Below are positions 30,063 to 40,033 of a stretch of DNA of 64,000 bases, piece by piece. This DNA is from an uncultured bacterium. Its GTDB lineage: Bacteria > SAR324 > NAC60-12. The stretch's first letter is position 1, and each line of letters opens with the position of its first letter. Below the pieces are notes generated by a model, which saw only the letters and a list, made by a program, of their open reading frames with translations, was not told the origin of the DNA and did no database searches. The stretch is from contig CBFIGY010000011.1 in assembly GCA_965662235.1 (NCBI GenBank), positions 30,110 to 94,109 of the forward strand, in the 5' to 3' direction. Position numbers and translations under genes: made by a program.

Positions 30063-31172
30063 CTAAGCGGTGACCTCAAAGCGGCGCATGCGGATGTTGA
30101 GGAGCAGGCCAATGCCGAACATCATGGAGAGCATGGAAGAGCCTCCGTAGCTGAAAAAGGGCAGAGGCACCCCGACCACCGGCATCAGTCCCAGGGTCAT
30201 GCCGATGTTGATGAGGACGTGAGACGTGATGATGGCCACAATCCCCACCGTCTGAATGGCCCCCAAGCGGTCTCGGGTCTGCAGCACCCCTGAGAGAGCC
30301 CAGAGGGTGAGCAGCATGAACAGCAGCAGAACCACAATGGCTCCGGAAAATCCCCACTCCTCTGAAAACACGGAGAAGATGAAATCCGTGTGATGGGCCG
30401 GGAGGAAGTTCAACTGTCCCTGAGTGCCAGCGCCCACCCCCTTGCCCCAGAACTGTCCGCTGCCCACGGCGATCTTGGACTGGATGATGTGGTATCCAGC
30501 GCCCAGCGGATCCCGTTCCGGATTGAGGAAGGTGAGGACCCGGTCCTTCTGATACGGCTTGAGAACATAGTTCCACGCCAGCGGAAGGATCGCAAGTGCG
30601 CTGGCTCCCATGATCAGCAGCGTCCGGACGCGGATGCCCATCAGGAAGATGATTGGGAAGGAAATGATCAGCAGCAGCAGCGCCGTCCCGAGGTCCGGCT
30701 GCCGGATGATGAGGATGAAGGGGACCCCAATCAGCAGAGCTGGCGCCACCCAGTGCAGCCATCCCCGTCCGCGGATCAACCCATTTTCCCGGAAGTGGTA
30801 GGAGAGGGCGAGGACCAGGGTAAACTTGCTGAACTCCGAGGGCTGCACAAAGATCGGGCCCACCTTCAACCAGCGTTCCACGGGAGAGCCCGGGCCACCG
30901 GTTCCATAAAGCAACACCAAAACCAGCAGCCCAATCACTGCCAGGTGCAGGAAGATGCCCAGCTTGGCCCAGGTCCGGTAGTGGAGGAAGAGGGTGGTGA
31001 GGATGACGCCCAGGCCAATCAGCATCCAGTAGCTCTGCCGGACGAGGTACCCCGTTTTTTCGGAGTTGCCTCCGGTGGCAGAGTACATGGCTAGGAGCCC
31101 CATTCCGCAGATGGCCAAGACCAGCAGGGTGAGGATCCAGTCAAAATTTTCCAGAATGCGTCGGTCAAACAC
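30063..31172 (-). CDS. rodA: Rod shape-determining protein RodA (SEDS)
   Basis: QPSEF, QPDLGT, GYHIIQSKIAVGSG, HTDFIFS, PFFSYGGSS. Confidence 0.93.
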   Translation of the reverse strand: MFDRRILENFDWILTLLVLAICGMGLLAMYSATGGNSEKTGYLVRQSYWMLIGLGVILTTLFLHYRTWAKLGIFLHLAVIGLLVLVLLYGTGGPGSPVERWLKVGPIFVQPSEFSKFTLVLALSYHFRENGLIRGRGWLHWVAPALLIGVPFILIIRQPDLGTALLLLIISFPIIFLMGIRVRTLLIMGASALAILPLAWNYVLKPYQKDRVLTFLNPERDPLGAGYHIIQSKIAVGSGQFWGKGVGAGTQGQLNFLPAHHTDFIFSVFSEEWGFSGAIVVLLLFMLLTLWALSGVLQTRDRLGAIQTVGIVAIITSHVLINIGMTLGLMPVVGVPLPFFSYGGSSMLSMMFGIGLLLNIRMRRFEVTA

Positions 31173-31197
31173 GGAGGGGCTGGGGCTTCAGGAACCG

Positions 31198-31518
31198 TTA
31201 CTCAGTTGGGGTAATGCCCCGGAGGGAGCAGACGACCGTCAGGGTCCGGGGGGTGTAGATGCCCAAGGAAGCGACCGAAACCAGGGCCTGACTCCAGGTG
31301 GCCTCAACGGTCATCTCATAGATCCGGCCTTGGGGGCAGCGGTTGTAGACTTCAAACTGAGGCTCGCCTTCGGTGCCCCAGTACCAGTAGTCGAGGGTTT
31401 GGACAATGCGTTCCTCCGAGGGCAGCTCTGCAGGGTACCGGAGGTGCAGCTGGCAGCCACTGAGGCCTCCGAGGGTGACAAGCAGCGTCAGGTAGATTCC
31501 AATTTGCCTCAGCCTCAT
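31198..31518 (-). CDS. Bor/Iss-like lipoprotein
   Basis: Lipobox LSGC; C-terminal SLGIYTPRTLTVVC; ATG at 31518. Confidence 0.7.
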   Translation of the reverse strand: MRLRQIGIYLTLLVTLGGLSGCQLHLRYPAELPSEERIVQTLDYWYWGTEGEPQFEVYNRCPQGRIYEMTVEATWSQALVSVASLGIYTPRTLTVVCSLRGITPTE

Positions 31519-31555
31519 GCGGGGTCCCTTCTTGCGTTCATGCTGGAAAATGCGT

Positions 31556-32041
31556 TTAATGAGATGCCTCAGGGGAATCCGGCATCCAGAACTGCCAGTC
31601 CTGCAGTTGCTCTCCACGATACAAAAATCGGGCAGTGAAGCAACCCGGTTCAAAGATTTTCGGAGTGAAGAGCCGGTCTCCTTCCCACATGGGCCGGTTT
31701 GTGAGTTCCGGACGCGGAACCCACTCTAGGGCGCCTTCCGGACTGGAGTCCAGCAGGGTGCCCGTAAACTCGGTGGCATGGAAGACAAACACCTGCCACT
31801 CGTCTCCAAAGGGAGAGTCTCCGAAATCAGGAAAAGTCAGAACCGCCTTGAGTCGGGGGTTCAAAATCTGCAAGCCTGTCTCCTCATGGAACTCCCGGAC
31901 GGCTGCTTCGTGCGGGGCCTCGTTGGGCTCAAGCTTCCCGCCGGGGGCCAGGTAGAAGCCCTGGTGCTCATCTTCCTTTTCCCGGTGGAGCATCAGCACC
32001 TGTCCCTCATGTTCCAGATAGAGTAACGTCCCTAATTTCAC
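31556..32041 (-). CDS. NUDIX hydrolase, 8-oxo-dGTPase (MutT/MutX-like)
   Basis: GGKLEPNEAPHEAAVREFHEETGL; MWEGD. Confidence 0.88.
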   Translation of the reverse strand: MKLGTLLYLEHEGQVLMLHREKEDEHQGFYLAPGGKLEPNEAPHEAAVREFHEETGLQILNPRLKAVLTFPDFGDSPFGDEWQVFVFHATEFTGTLLDSSPEGALEWVPRPELTNRPMWEGDRLFTPKIFEPGCFTARFLYRGEQLQDWQFWMPDSPEASH

Positions 32042-32059
32042 CGTCTACCAACTGTTGCT

Positions 32060-33064
32060 GTGAATCCGAAGTTTTCCAATCAAGAAGTCAGTACCTTACT
32101 GGAACGGGTGGTCCAGAAGGCGCGCGAGGAGCAGGCCACAGGTTCCGGGGCCATTCAGCCCTATGAGCTGGGCAATCAGAACCGCATCATCCGGGGGCGC
32201 ATGCCGGGGCTGGAGGCGGTGCATGACCGCTTCGCCAAGACCTTCTCGCATACCCTCGGGCAGCACCTGCGACGCTCCGTCACGATCACCCGCCGAGCCA
32301 TTGAGTTGATCAGCATGAAGGACCTTTCAGACGGCACACCGTCTCCTTCGGCGCTCACGGTGTTTGGGCTCTCGCCGTTGCGGGGGCAGGGGCTGCTGAC
32401 GTTTGAGCAACGCCTAGTGCATGCACTGATCGACCTGATGTTCGGAGGCAGTGGCCAGTATGAAGTGAGCCCGGTCAAACGGTCGTTCACCGGGATCGAG
32501 ATGCGCATGGTTGCTAAGATCGCCCGCTCGGCCCTCAATGACCTAGGCGCCGCTTGGAAGCCCTTTGTGCAGCTGAAACCGCACTATGAACGGATTGAGA
32601 CGAGCCCGAAACTGGCGAACATCTCCACCCCGGAAGAGGTCATTGTCGTCACCACCTTTGACGTTGAGATCCACCGCAACCCCATGACGCTGCGGATTGG
32701 CCTGCCCTACCTGATGCTGGATCCCATCCGGACCCGCCTGGACGCGGCCCTGCAGCAGAATGATGAGGAGGTCAACCACGTCAACGCGGCCCGGCTCGCA
32801 GAGAACCTGCGGCACACGCAGCTTCAGGTCAGTGTTGCCCTAGGGACCACCCGCATCAGCCTCCGGCACTTCCTCAAGCTCAAGGCCGGTGATGTGCTGC
32901 GGCTGGAGCAAGATGCCGAGGCGCCGCTGTCAGCAGCGCTCAATGGCGTAACCAAGTTCCGGGGAACCCAAGGCGCCTACAAGGGGAAGGTGGCCCTGAG
33001 GGTGGAGGAGGTGCTGACGCCTCGTCCGCGCTTCCGGGACGTTCTGGACGACCGTGACGCTTAA
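32060..33064 (+). CDS. fliM: Flagellar motor switch protein FliM
   Basis: RIIRGRMPGLE, FTGIE, C-terminal SpoA domain LKAGDVL. Confidence 0.88.
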   Translation: MNPKFSNQEVSTLLERVVQKAREEQATGSGAIQPYELGNQNRIIRGRMPGLEAVHDRFAKTFSHTLGQHLRRSVTITRRAIELISMKDLSDGTPSPSALTVFGLSPLRGQGLLTFEQRLVHALIDLMFGGSGQYEVSPVKRSFTGIEMRMVAKIARSALNDLGAAWKPFVQLKPHYERIETSPKLANISTPEEVIVVTTFDVEIHRNPMTLRIGLPYLMLDPIRTRLDAALQQNDEEVNHVNAARLAENLRHTQLQVSVALGTTRISLRHFLKLKAGDVLRLEQDAEAPLSAALNGVTKFRGTQGAYKGKVALRVEEVLTPRPRFRDVLDDRDA

Positions 33065-33357
33065 TCGTTGTCTCGCTCAGCCGCTGCATTGACCCGCTCC
33101 CGAAGCTCCTTGCCTGGCCGGAAGACAGGGAGCTTCTTGGGCCTCACCTGAACCTTATCCCCTGTCCGAGGATTGCGGCCTTCGTAGCTGCCATAATGCT
33201 TGAGGCTAAAGGATCCAAATCCTCGGATCTCCACCTTGTCTCCCACCTCCAGCGCCTGCTTGATCTGGTTGAAAAAGATGCGGACCACCTTGTCGGTCAA
33301 CTGCACGTTGTAGCCGCTCTCTTCCGCAAGCATTTCAATCAACTGGGATTTGTTCAT
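33061..33357 (-). CDS. ihfB: Integration host factor beta / HU family protein
   Basis: MNKSQLI, VEIRGFGSF, GRNPRTG, FRPGKELRERVN; ATG at 33357. Confidence 0.8.
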   Translation of the reverse strand: MNKSQLIEMLAEESGYNVQLTDKVVRIFFNQIKQALEVGDKVEIRGFGSFSLKHYGSYEGRNPRTGDKVQVRPKKLPVFRPGKELRERVNAAAERDND

Positions 33358-33573
33358 TACCACACCTTTCCGAAACGACCTCCTCTGGGGAGCATTGATC
33401 ATTTAAGCGATTCACCATAGGGGATTCTTTCAGTCAGCACAAGCCCGGAGCGTGCCTTCCTCTCCATCCGGAGGCCAACGTGAAACTTGAGCTTGTTCCT
33501 TCCTCCGAATTTCGCAATATTGACTGTTTCCTGTATCCCCCAAACGCACACCCATCACCAAACGGAAGCAGTC

Positions 33574-34596
33574 ATGCCAGTTGCGGATTACCAAACCTAT
33601 TGCAAGATGTTGGACAACGCCAAGGAAAAGAAATTTGCGTATCCAGCCATCAATGTTTCCTCCTTGGCGACCGCCAATGCGGCGCTTCAGGCCTTTGCTG
33701 AAGCCAAGAGCGACGGCATTGTCCAGGTTTCCACCGGCGGGGGAGAGTTTGCCTCCGGACAGGCGGTTAAGAATTCGGCTCTTGGGGCCATTTCTCTGGC
33801 ACAGCATGTCCACCTGATGGCCGAACACTACAACGTTTTCATTGCCCTCCACACCGATCACTGCCAGCCCAAGAAGGTCGACTCCTTCATGCGCCCCTTG
33901 ATTGAGGAAACGGCCAAACGCCGTGCGCAGGGGCTTCCGAACCTCTTCAACTCCCACATGTTCGACGGCTCGGAACTGCCGCTGGGAGAGAACATGAAGA
34001 TTGCCCGCGAGCTGATGGAGGTCTGTGCCGCCAATGAGATCATCCTGGAAGTGGAAGCCGGTGTGGTGGGCGGAGAAGAAGACGGTGTGGACCACGGAGA
34101 CCTTCCGAATGAGAAGCTGTACACCACTCCGGAAGACATGCTGGAGGTGTATGAGCAGCTCAGCTCCTTGGGGCGCTTCATGTTTGCCGCCACCTTCGGG
34201 AACGTTCACGGGGTCTACAAGCCCGGAAACGTGAAGCTCAAGCCAACCATCCTCCGGGATGGTCAGGAGGCGGTGATTGGGAAGCACGGCGCCGCAGCGT
34301 CCCTAGACCTGGTCTTCCACGGAGGCTCCGGATCCACTCTGGAAGAGATCCATGAGACGCTGGAGTATGGGGTGATCAAGATGAACATTGACACCGACAC
34401 CCAGTACGCCTTCACCCGTCCGATTGTGGACCACATGCTCCGCAAGTACGATGAGGTCCTCAAGGTCGAAAGCGAGGTGGGGAACAAGAAGGCTTACGAC
34501 CCCCGGGCGTACCTGAAGCTCGCCGAGACAGGCATGAAGCAGCGCATCATGGACGCCTGCAACGACCTCCGCTCCACCGGCACCTCCCTCTACTGA
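33574..34596 (+). CDS. fbaA: Class II fructose-bisphosphate aldolase
   Basis: HTDHC, SHMFDGS, FGNVHGVYKPGNV, VFHGGSG, KMNIDTD. Confidence 0.95.
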   Translation: MPVADYQTYCKMLDNAKEKKFAYPAINVSSLATANAALQAFAEAKSDGIVQVSTGGGEFASGQAVKNSALGAISLAQHVHLMAEHYNVFIALHTDHCQPKKVDSFMRPLIEETAKRRAQGLPNLFNSHMFDGSELPLGENMKIARELMEVCAANEIILEVEAGVVGGEEDGVDHGDLPNEKLYTTPEDMLEVYEQLSSLGRFMFAATFGNVHGVYKPGNVKLKPTILRDGQEAVIGKHGAAASLDLVFHGGSGSTLEEIHETLEYGVIKMNIDTDTQYAFTRPIVDHMLRKYDEVLKVESEVGNKKAYDPRAYLKLAETGMKQRIMDACNDLRSTGTSLY

Positions 34597-34617
34597 ACGT
34601 CAGGCATCCGTCTGACC

Positions 34618-34639
34618 GACGCGGGCTGCGGCTCGCGTC
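34618..34639. terminator. Hairpin between convergent fbaA and yhhQ
   Basis: GACGCGGGC-tgcg-GCTCGCGTC; no clear U-tract. Confidence 0.4.
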
Positions 34640-34657
34640 ACCTCTCAGTTCCGGGCG

Positions 34658-35257
34658 TCAGGCCGTGACCTGAACCCGGCCCTTCAAGTAACTCAGCAGC
34701 ACCCCGTACAGCGGCAAAAACACCACCGTTGAGGTCACGATCTTGAGCAGTAGGTCCGTGGTGGCAATGGGGAGCCAGTTTTCTGCCATGAACGCATCGG
34801 AGCCCTGATGGAACGCCAGCCCATAGAAGAGGTAGGTGTCCAGAACATTGGCCGCCAGGGTTGAGACCAGTGGCGCCGCCCACCAGTAGCCCACGCGCTC
34901 CCGGATCTGCTGAAACACCGACACGTCCAGCAGCTGCCCAATGAAGTAGGCCAGGCCACTTGCCAGCCCAATGCGCCAGTTGGCCAGGAGGATGGAAACG
35001 AAAATAGCCGGAAGGAAGGCCACTGCCACAATGCCCCGGGCCAGGTGCTTGTTGGTCAGGCGGACCGTCAGGTCCGTGGCCACCACCGCAAGGGGGAACA
35101 CCCACATGCCCCAAGACCAGTCGATGCCCCAGGTGTTTTCCGGAAACTGCACCAGGTAGTTGGCCGCTGCGATGATGCCAATGTGCAAAAGCCCCAGTCG
35201 GAGCAGCAGGGTGGGGTTGACCTGGTTCCAGTCAAAGTACTTCTTGAAGTCAGCCAT
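34658..35257 (-). CDS. yhhQ: VUT family queuosine-precursor transporter (YhhQ-like)
   Basis: ANYLVQ, FP...ATDLTVRL, GQLLDVSVF, LPLYGVLL. Confidence 0.85.
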   Translation of the reverse strand: MADFKKYFDWNQVNPTLLLRLGLLHIGIIAAANYLVQFPENTWGIDWSWGMWVFPLAVVATDLTVRLTNKHLARGIVAVAFLPAIFVSILLANWRIGLASGLAYFIGQLLDVSVFQQIRERVGYWWAAPLVSTLAANVLDTYLFYGLAFHQGSDAFMAENWLPIATTDLLLKIVTSTVVFLPLYGVLLSYLKGRVQVTA

Positions 35258-35435
35258 ACAGAACTCGATTTCGAAGAGAGGTGTTTGTCAAACGGATCAG
35301 TATCGCTGAAAACCACAAGAGGGTCAAAATATCTTCCGGCTCATGGAGCTCCTGAAAACCCCCTATTGCAAAAAAGAGCAAGTTGGCTCAAGGTGAGGTT
35401 TTTGTCCCTACACGAGGTGGTGAGACGGAGGTTCC

Positions 35436-35723
35436 ATGAGGAAACAAGTGATGGCATTTATTCTGGGAGGCAGCCTTTTGGCCTGCAGTGCGCCTCCTCA
35501 GGCCCTGACGGTGTCAACGGACCTGCCGGAGATTGTCGTGGAGGTGGCCAAGAAGAAGGAGCTGCCGAAGCGAGAAGACCTCCCTTCTGGCATTCAGGAA
35601 ACCTTTTCCCGCTCCTGCTCAGCCTACTGGGGGCAAGACTGGATCATGGTGCAGTACTGTGTGAAGAACCGCTCTGACGAGTACCTCCACCGCTACGGAG
35701 ACACCCTTCCCAACCGGACCTAG
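35436..35723 (+). CDS. Small lipoprotein, unknown function
   Basis: Lipobox LLAC; GGAG RBS. Confidence 0.65.
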   Translation: MRKQVMAFILGGSLLACSAPPQALTVSTDLPEIVVEVAKKKELPKREDLPSGIQETFSRSCSAYWGQDWIMVQYCVKNRSDEYLHRYGDTLPNRT

Positions 35724-36619
35724 TCTGACGTTGCTTCGGAGTGAGGGGTGAGGGTGTAGTGCTCCCAGAGGGAGGAACTGTGGTTAGAATCGGTGATGGC
35801 GTACTCACCCCGGAGGCGTCGAATGACAGCGCAGCGTTTTTCATAAGACGGAGGCGCGGCAAAGGTGGTGCTGAACTCATCGAGCACACAGTCCACTGGC
35901 TGAGCCTCTAGGGCCAGGCTGATGCGGGCCGGACCCGCGCAGTACTGCCCCCCAAAGTGCACCGTCTCTCCGCCCCACCCAATCACCTGACCCGGTAAGC
36001 ACGGCAACGGTTGCACGCCGTGCAGGCAGGCCCGCAAAAGTCCCGGATTCAGACGTTCCTCTTCGCCCATGGTCTCCCAGAAGGCCTGAGAGGCTTTACG
36101 GGAGAGGACAAACATGCATCCATTCTCCGGAGTCGCCACCGTGAGGGGAAGCCACAGGGTTTGCAGAAGCCGGTTTTGGGGATCGCGGTAGTGGTACCCC
36201 ATCCCGTCGGCGTGCGGGGGCCAGCCATGACCGACGGTGCGATCGACATAGTGGAGGATGGGGTTGGCGCGGATGAAAGCAGGTTCGCCCAGAAGCTGCT
36301 GAGCCAACGTCCGGAGGGCCGGGTGGGTGATCAGCTTCCAAAGCTCCGGATAGATCAACGCGTAGGAAGACGGGTGCCCGGCGGAAACGACTTCCTGGAC
36401 CAGCGAGGCACACTGATCAATCAGGCCCCGGTCCAGTGCCAGTCGCGTCCGGAACCACCCCAGCTCCTTCTGCATGGCTCGGGCGTGCTGAAGCCGCGCC
36501 CGCTGCAGCATGATCCGAGGGCGTGTGCGTGGGGTGGGGCCTGTGGCCTCTAGGTGCTGACGAAGGCGGTTCCAGTACTCCGGATGCTCCAACGGCTCGG
36601 TGCCGGTCGCAGGGGGCAT
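35720..36619 (-). CDS. PhyH-like Fe(II)/2OG dioxygenase
   Basis: WPPHAD, WLPLTVATPENGCM, distal His in TVHFGG; ATG at 36619 with GGAGG. Confidence 0.75.
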   Translation of the reverse strand: MPPATGTEPLEHPEYWNRLRQHLEATGPTPRTRPRIMLQRARLQHARAMQKELGWFRTRLALDRGLIDQCASLVQEVVSAGHPSSYALIYPELWKLITHPALRTLAQQLLGEPAFIRANPILHYVDRTVGHGWPPHADGMGYHYRDPQNRLLQTLWLPLTVATPENGCMFVLSRKASQAFWETMGEEERLNPGLLRACLHGVQPLPCLPGQVIGWGGETVHFGGQYCAGPARISLALEAQPVDCVLDEFSTTFAAPPSYEKRCAVIRRLRGEYAITDSNHSSSLWEHYTLTPHSEATSD

Positions 36620-36804
36620 GGCTGGGTCCTCCAGAAAGGGAAGCCGCGATCCGTTCGCTGCTTCTGGTAAGGGCCGGACTTCACGAAAACATGAGGGAGC
36701 CGCCCCAGATGCGGGGGTCACTGCACCGCAACCGGACCCAAAACACAAGGTCTTGGGCCTCAAAGGGGAAAAATTGGGTGGGGAGGGCTTCCCCAAAAAA
36801 CGGC

Positions 36805-38124
36805 CTAATGAGAAGGGGCGGAGGCGGTTTCTGGGAAAATGGCACGCGAGGACAGCATTCCCAAGGAGGCGCCCCGGAGGACCATGAACACAGTCAGGGC
36901 GAGCCACAGTCCGTGGTTGCTCAGCAGCGGTTCCAGGAGAGCATAGAGGACAAAGAACGCGGCAGCACAACCGAGCATGGCGTTGCGCATGGTCCGGGTG
37001 GCCGTGGCGCCGATGTAAATGCCGTCCCAGATGAAGGCGAAGAGGTTCAGCAGGGCTCCAACCACCAGCCACGGCAGGTAGACCTGCGCGAGCGCCACCA
37101 CCTCGTCATGCGAAGTGAACAGCTTCAGCAGCAGGGGTCCGGCAAATTCATACAGCAGCGCAAACGTGCCTCCGATTCCAGCCGCCCAGATCAGGAGCAA
37201 GCGGATGCACTGCCGGAGCCCGGAGGCGTCTCGCTGCCCAATGAAGCGTCCGACCAAACCCTGGCCCGCATTGGCAAAGCCATCGACGGCAAAGGAGATC
37301 AGCATCCACAGCTGCATCAGCAGGGAATTGGCTGCAAGCACAGCCTCTCCTTCCCAGGCTGAAGCAACGGTGAAGAAGGAGAACACCGAAATCAGCGCTA
37401 GGGTCCGGATGAGGATGTCGCGGTTGACCCGGAAGAAGTGCAGGAGGACCTCTGGATCAAAGAGGCGGCGGAGGTTTTGCTCCAGCGGAAGGTGTGGAAA
37501 CCGCCACCGCAGCAAGAAGAAGGCAAAGAGAACACCGCAGTACTGGGCGACCACGGTCCCCCACGCGACGCCATCCGAAAAGAGGCCCAGGCCATAGACA
37601 AAGGTCAGGTTGCCGAGGATGTTGAGGAGGTTGATGGCCAGGGTGAGGATCATCGGTGTCCGGGCGTCTTGCATGCCCAGGAACCAGCCACTGAGGACCA
37701 TCAGCGTCAGGGTGGCTGGTGCTGCCCAGATGCGGATGTGAAAGTACGAAACGGCGGCGCCCAGCACCTCGGGCGTGGACTCCACCCACGGAAAAGCGAG
37801 GGCCGCAATTCCAGACTGGAGCAGGATCATCAGCAACCCGCCGACCAGCGCGACCAGAACGCCCCGCTGGAGCACCCGGCTGGTTTCCTGCTGATCACGC
37901 CGTCCCCAGGCCTGAGCGGTCATTCCGGTGGTGCCCATGGCCAGGAAGCCCAGGCCCCAGTAGAGGAAATTAAAGATCATGGTCCCGACCGCAAGGGCGC
38001 CCAGGTAGTGGCTCTCAGGCATGTGCCCCACCACAGCGGTGTCCACCATGCCCAGTAACGGGATGGAAACATTCGCGGCAATATTCGGGAGCGCGAGTTT
38101 CAGAATCTCACGGTTGATGCCCAT
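36805..38124 (-). CDS. dinF: MATE efflux transporter (DinF-like)
   Basis: PLLGMVDTAVVGH, FLAMGTTG, DGIYIGAT. Confidence 0.88.
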   Translation of the reverse strand: MGINREILKLALPNIAANVSIPLLGMVDTAVVGHMPESHYLGALAVGTMIFNFLYWGLGFLAMGTTGMTAQAWGRRDQQETSRVLQRGVLVALVGGLLMILLQSGIAALAFPWVESTPEVLGAAVSYFHIRIWAAPATLTLMVLSGWFLGMQDARTPMILTLAINLLNILGNLTFVYGLGLFSDGVAWGTVVAQYCGVLFAFFLLRWRFPHLPLEQNLRRLFDPEVLLHFFRVNRDILIRTLALISVFSFFTVASAWEGEAVLAANSLLMQLWMLISFAVDGFANAGQGLVGRFIGQRDASGLRQCIRLLLIWAAGIGGTFALLYEFAGPLLLKLFTSHDEVVALAQVYLPWLVVGALLNLFAFIWDGIYIGATATRTMRNAMLGCAAAFFVLYALLEPLLSNHGLWLALTVFMVLRGASLGMLSSRAIFPETASAPSH

Positions 38125-38193
38125 TTTTCACTGCCATCTTTGGAAAAATGCTGGTATTACTTCAAGAAATGATCGCGATCCGCTGTCCTCTTC

Positions 38194-39030
38194 ATGCTCT
38201 TCTTGCTCCTCACCCTCTCGTTCCTGATCCCGTCATCCCTCTGGGGCGCTCCTCCCAACGAGGCGGTGGTCTTACCCTTTGATCCCTACCCTAGCCTTGA
38301 GGAACAGGTGCAGCTGGAAGACGCACGGCAGCGGCTGACGCCTCTGTTTTCCTTTCAGCTTCAGGCCAAGGCGGAGCAGCTCCGGACCCAGGCGGAAACG
38401 CGGGAGCGCTTCCTCAAGGACTTTCTGGAGGCCTTTCCTCGGGTGCAGGTCTTTTGGCTCCAGACCCAGCAGGAGCGTCTGACGGTGCTGAGCCTCAGTC
38501 CGGAGCTTGGGTGGCGGGCCCGAGAGCTGGCCGGCGCTGCCGAAGAGCAGCTGACGCAGCTGGTGGCGTTTGGGCACTACGTGCAGATGCAGCAGCAACC
38601 CCTTCCGGAAGCGTCACGTCCTGCTCAGGTGCGTCAGGAACGTCCTCCGGCGCCGTTTGAGCCGTTGCGGGTCCGCCCCACCCGTCCCACGCCTCCTCCT
38701 CCCCCTCCCCCGGATCCGGAAGCCTCGTTGCAGAAGCTCCGGTTCACCCTGGCAGAGCGGCAGTACAATCAGGAGATCTGGAAACGCTTGAAGAGTCGTT
38801 TGGCCTTCTTTAAGCGTACCGATGAGCTGCGTGGGGCACAAGACGCGCGGCTGGAACTGCAAATTGCTCCTGACGGACAGGTTGTGGAACGCAAGCTGCT
38901 TTCTCGAAGCGGTTCGAGCGCGTTTGACACCCTCGTGCTGCAGGCGGCAACCGAACTGGAACTGCCGCGTCCTCAGGCGATTTTGGTCCAACCACCCCCG
39001 TACATTGTGGTGATTCAACTGAACCCCTAA
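38194..39030 (+). CDS. Exported protein with a Pro-rich linker and TonB/TolA C-terminal domain
   Basis: Signal peptide, PTPPPPPPP, IAPDGQV...SGSSAFD. Confidence 0.72.
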   Translation: MLFLLLTLSFLIPSSLWGAPPNEAVVLPFDPYPSLEEQVQLEDARQRLTPLFSFQLQAKAEQLRTQAETRERFLKDFLEAFPRVQVFWLQTQQERLTVLSLSPELGWRARELAGAAEEQLTQLVAFGHYVQMQQQPLPEASRPAQVRQERPPAPFEPLRVRPTRPTPPPPPPPDPEASLQKLRFTLAERQYNQEIWKRLKSRLAFFKRTDELRGAQDARLELQIAPDGQVVERKLLSRSGSSAFDTLVLQAATELELPRPQAILVQPPPYIVVIQLNP

Positions 39031-39045
39031 ACGAACCAACCTGGC

Positions 39046-40014
39046 ATGGATGCCCCCTTGGTCCGGATCACGGAGGTTTCGGAAGGAACCCCTTCCCCTC
39101 CGAATCGGTCGCCTGGACACGCGCTGGAGCTGATCTTCAAAGAATATGCGCCCAACACGCGGCGGGCCTACTCTCGGGCCTTCCGGGACTTTCTGAACTG
39201 GGCCCAGGTTTCGGACCTGTCCGGGCTGGCGGAGGTGGACCCCTTCAAGCTGCTGGAGTTCAAAGGCCATCTGAAGGAGTCGGGACGCAAGCCCTCCAGC
39301 ATCAACCAGACCCTGAGTGCGCTCCGGAAGATTGGGAAGCTGCTGGCCGAGTTTGGGTACCTGACGCACAACCCGTTTGACACCTCGGTGCTGCGCAGTG
39401 AGAAGGTGTCTCCGACGAGCAGCAAGGGGGCGCTGCAGGTGGCTCATGTGCACGCGATGCTGCAGGCCAATGCCACCTGTGCCTACGACGCACGTCGGGC
39501 GCCGTTGCTGCGGACCCGGAACGCGCTGATCCTCAAGTTCCTCTACTTCACTGCCGCGCGTCGGAGTGAAGCCGCTGGACTGCGCTGGGAGGACCTGGAT
39601 CAGGACGGCGTGTACTTTGTGGCGCGGTTACGGCATACCAAAAGTGGCGTGGAGCAGAAGCTCAAACTGCGGACGGAGCTGTATCAGGGGCTGATGAGCT
39701 GGAAGGCGATGCTGGAGGAACACGAGCTGAGCACCCCTTGGGTGTTTCCCTCGCTGGGCTTCCGGACACAGGCCCAGCAGATGGACGGCAAGGGCATCAA
39801 CGACGTGGTGGTTCGGCTCGGACGTCAGGTGGGGCTCGACATTTCGGCACACTACCTGCGGCACACCGCCATTACCCTAGCACTGGAGCTGGGGGAGCCG
39901 CTGCAGAAGGTTCAGGCCTATGCCCGGCATGCCTCGGCGGACACCACGATCCGCTACTTCCATGACCGGCAGCTTCTGGAGCAGAACCCGACCGACCGGC
40001 TTCCACCGGTCTGA
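39046..40014 (+). CDS. Tyrosine recombinase (Xer/integrase family)
   Basis: SAM-like N-terminus (NTRRAY); catalytic R (AARRSE), K (TKSG), HYLR, ARH, TTIRY. Confidence 0.9.
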   Translation: MDAPLVRITEVSEGTPSPPNRSPGHALELIFKEYAPNTRRAYSRAFRDFLNWAQVSDLSGLAEVDPFKLLEFKGHLKESGRKPSSINQTLSALRKIGKLLAEFGYLTHNPFDTSVLRSEKVSPTSSKGALQVAHVHAMLQANATCAYDARRAPLLRTRNALILKFLYFTAARRSEAAGLRWEDLDQDGVYFVARLRHTKSGVEQKLKLRTELYQGLMSWKAMLEEHELSTPWVFPSLGFRTQAQQMDGKGINDVVVRLGRQVGLDISAHYLRHTAITLALELGEPLQKVQAYARHASADTTIRYFHDRQLLEQNPTDRLPPV

Positions 40015-40033
40015 GGCCGAGGGGGAAAACGGG

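Noticed and set aside
35258..35435. preQ1 riboswitch expected upstream of yhhQ
   Set aside because: No preQ1-I hairpin followed by an A-rich tail is recognisable on the minus strand
36620..37072. Apparent 150-aa N-terminal extension of the PhyH-like ORF overlapping dinF
   Set aside because: A better start exists at 36619 with a GGAGG RBS; the extension looks non-coding
39046..40014. Prophage, integron or genomic island boundary
   Set aside because: No phage genes, attC sites, tRNA, direct repeats or composition shift around the recombinase
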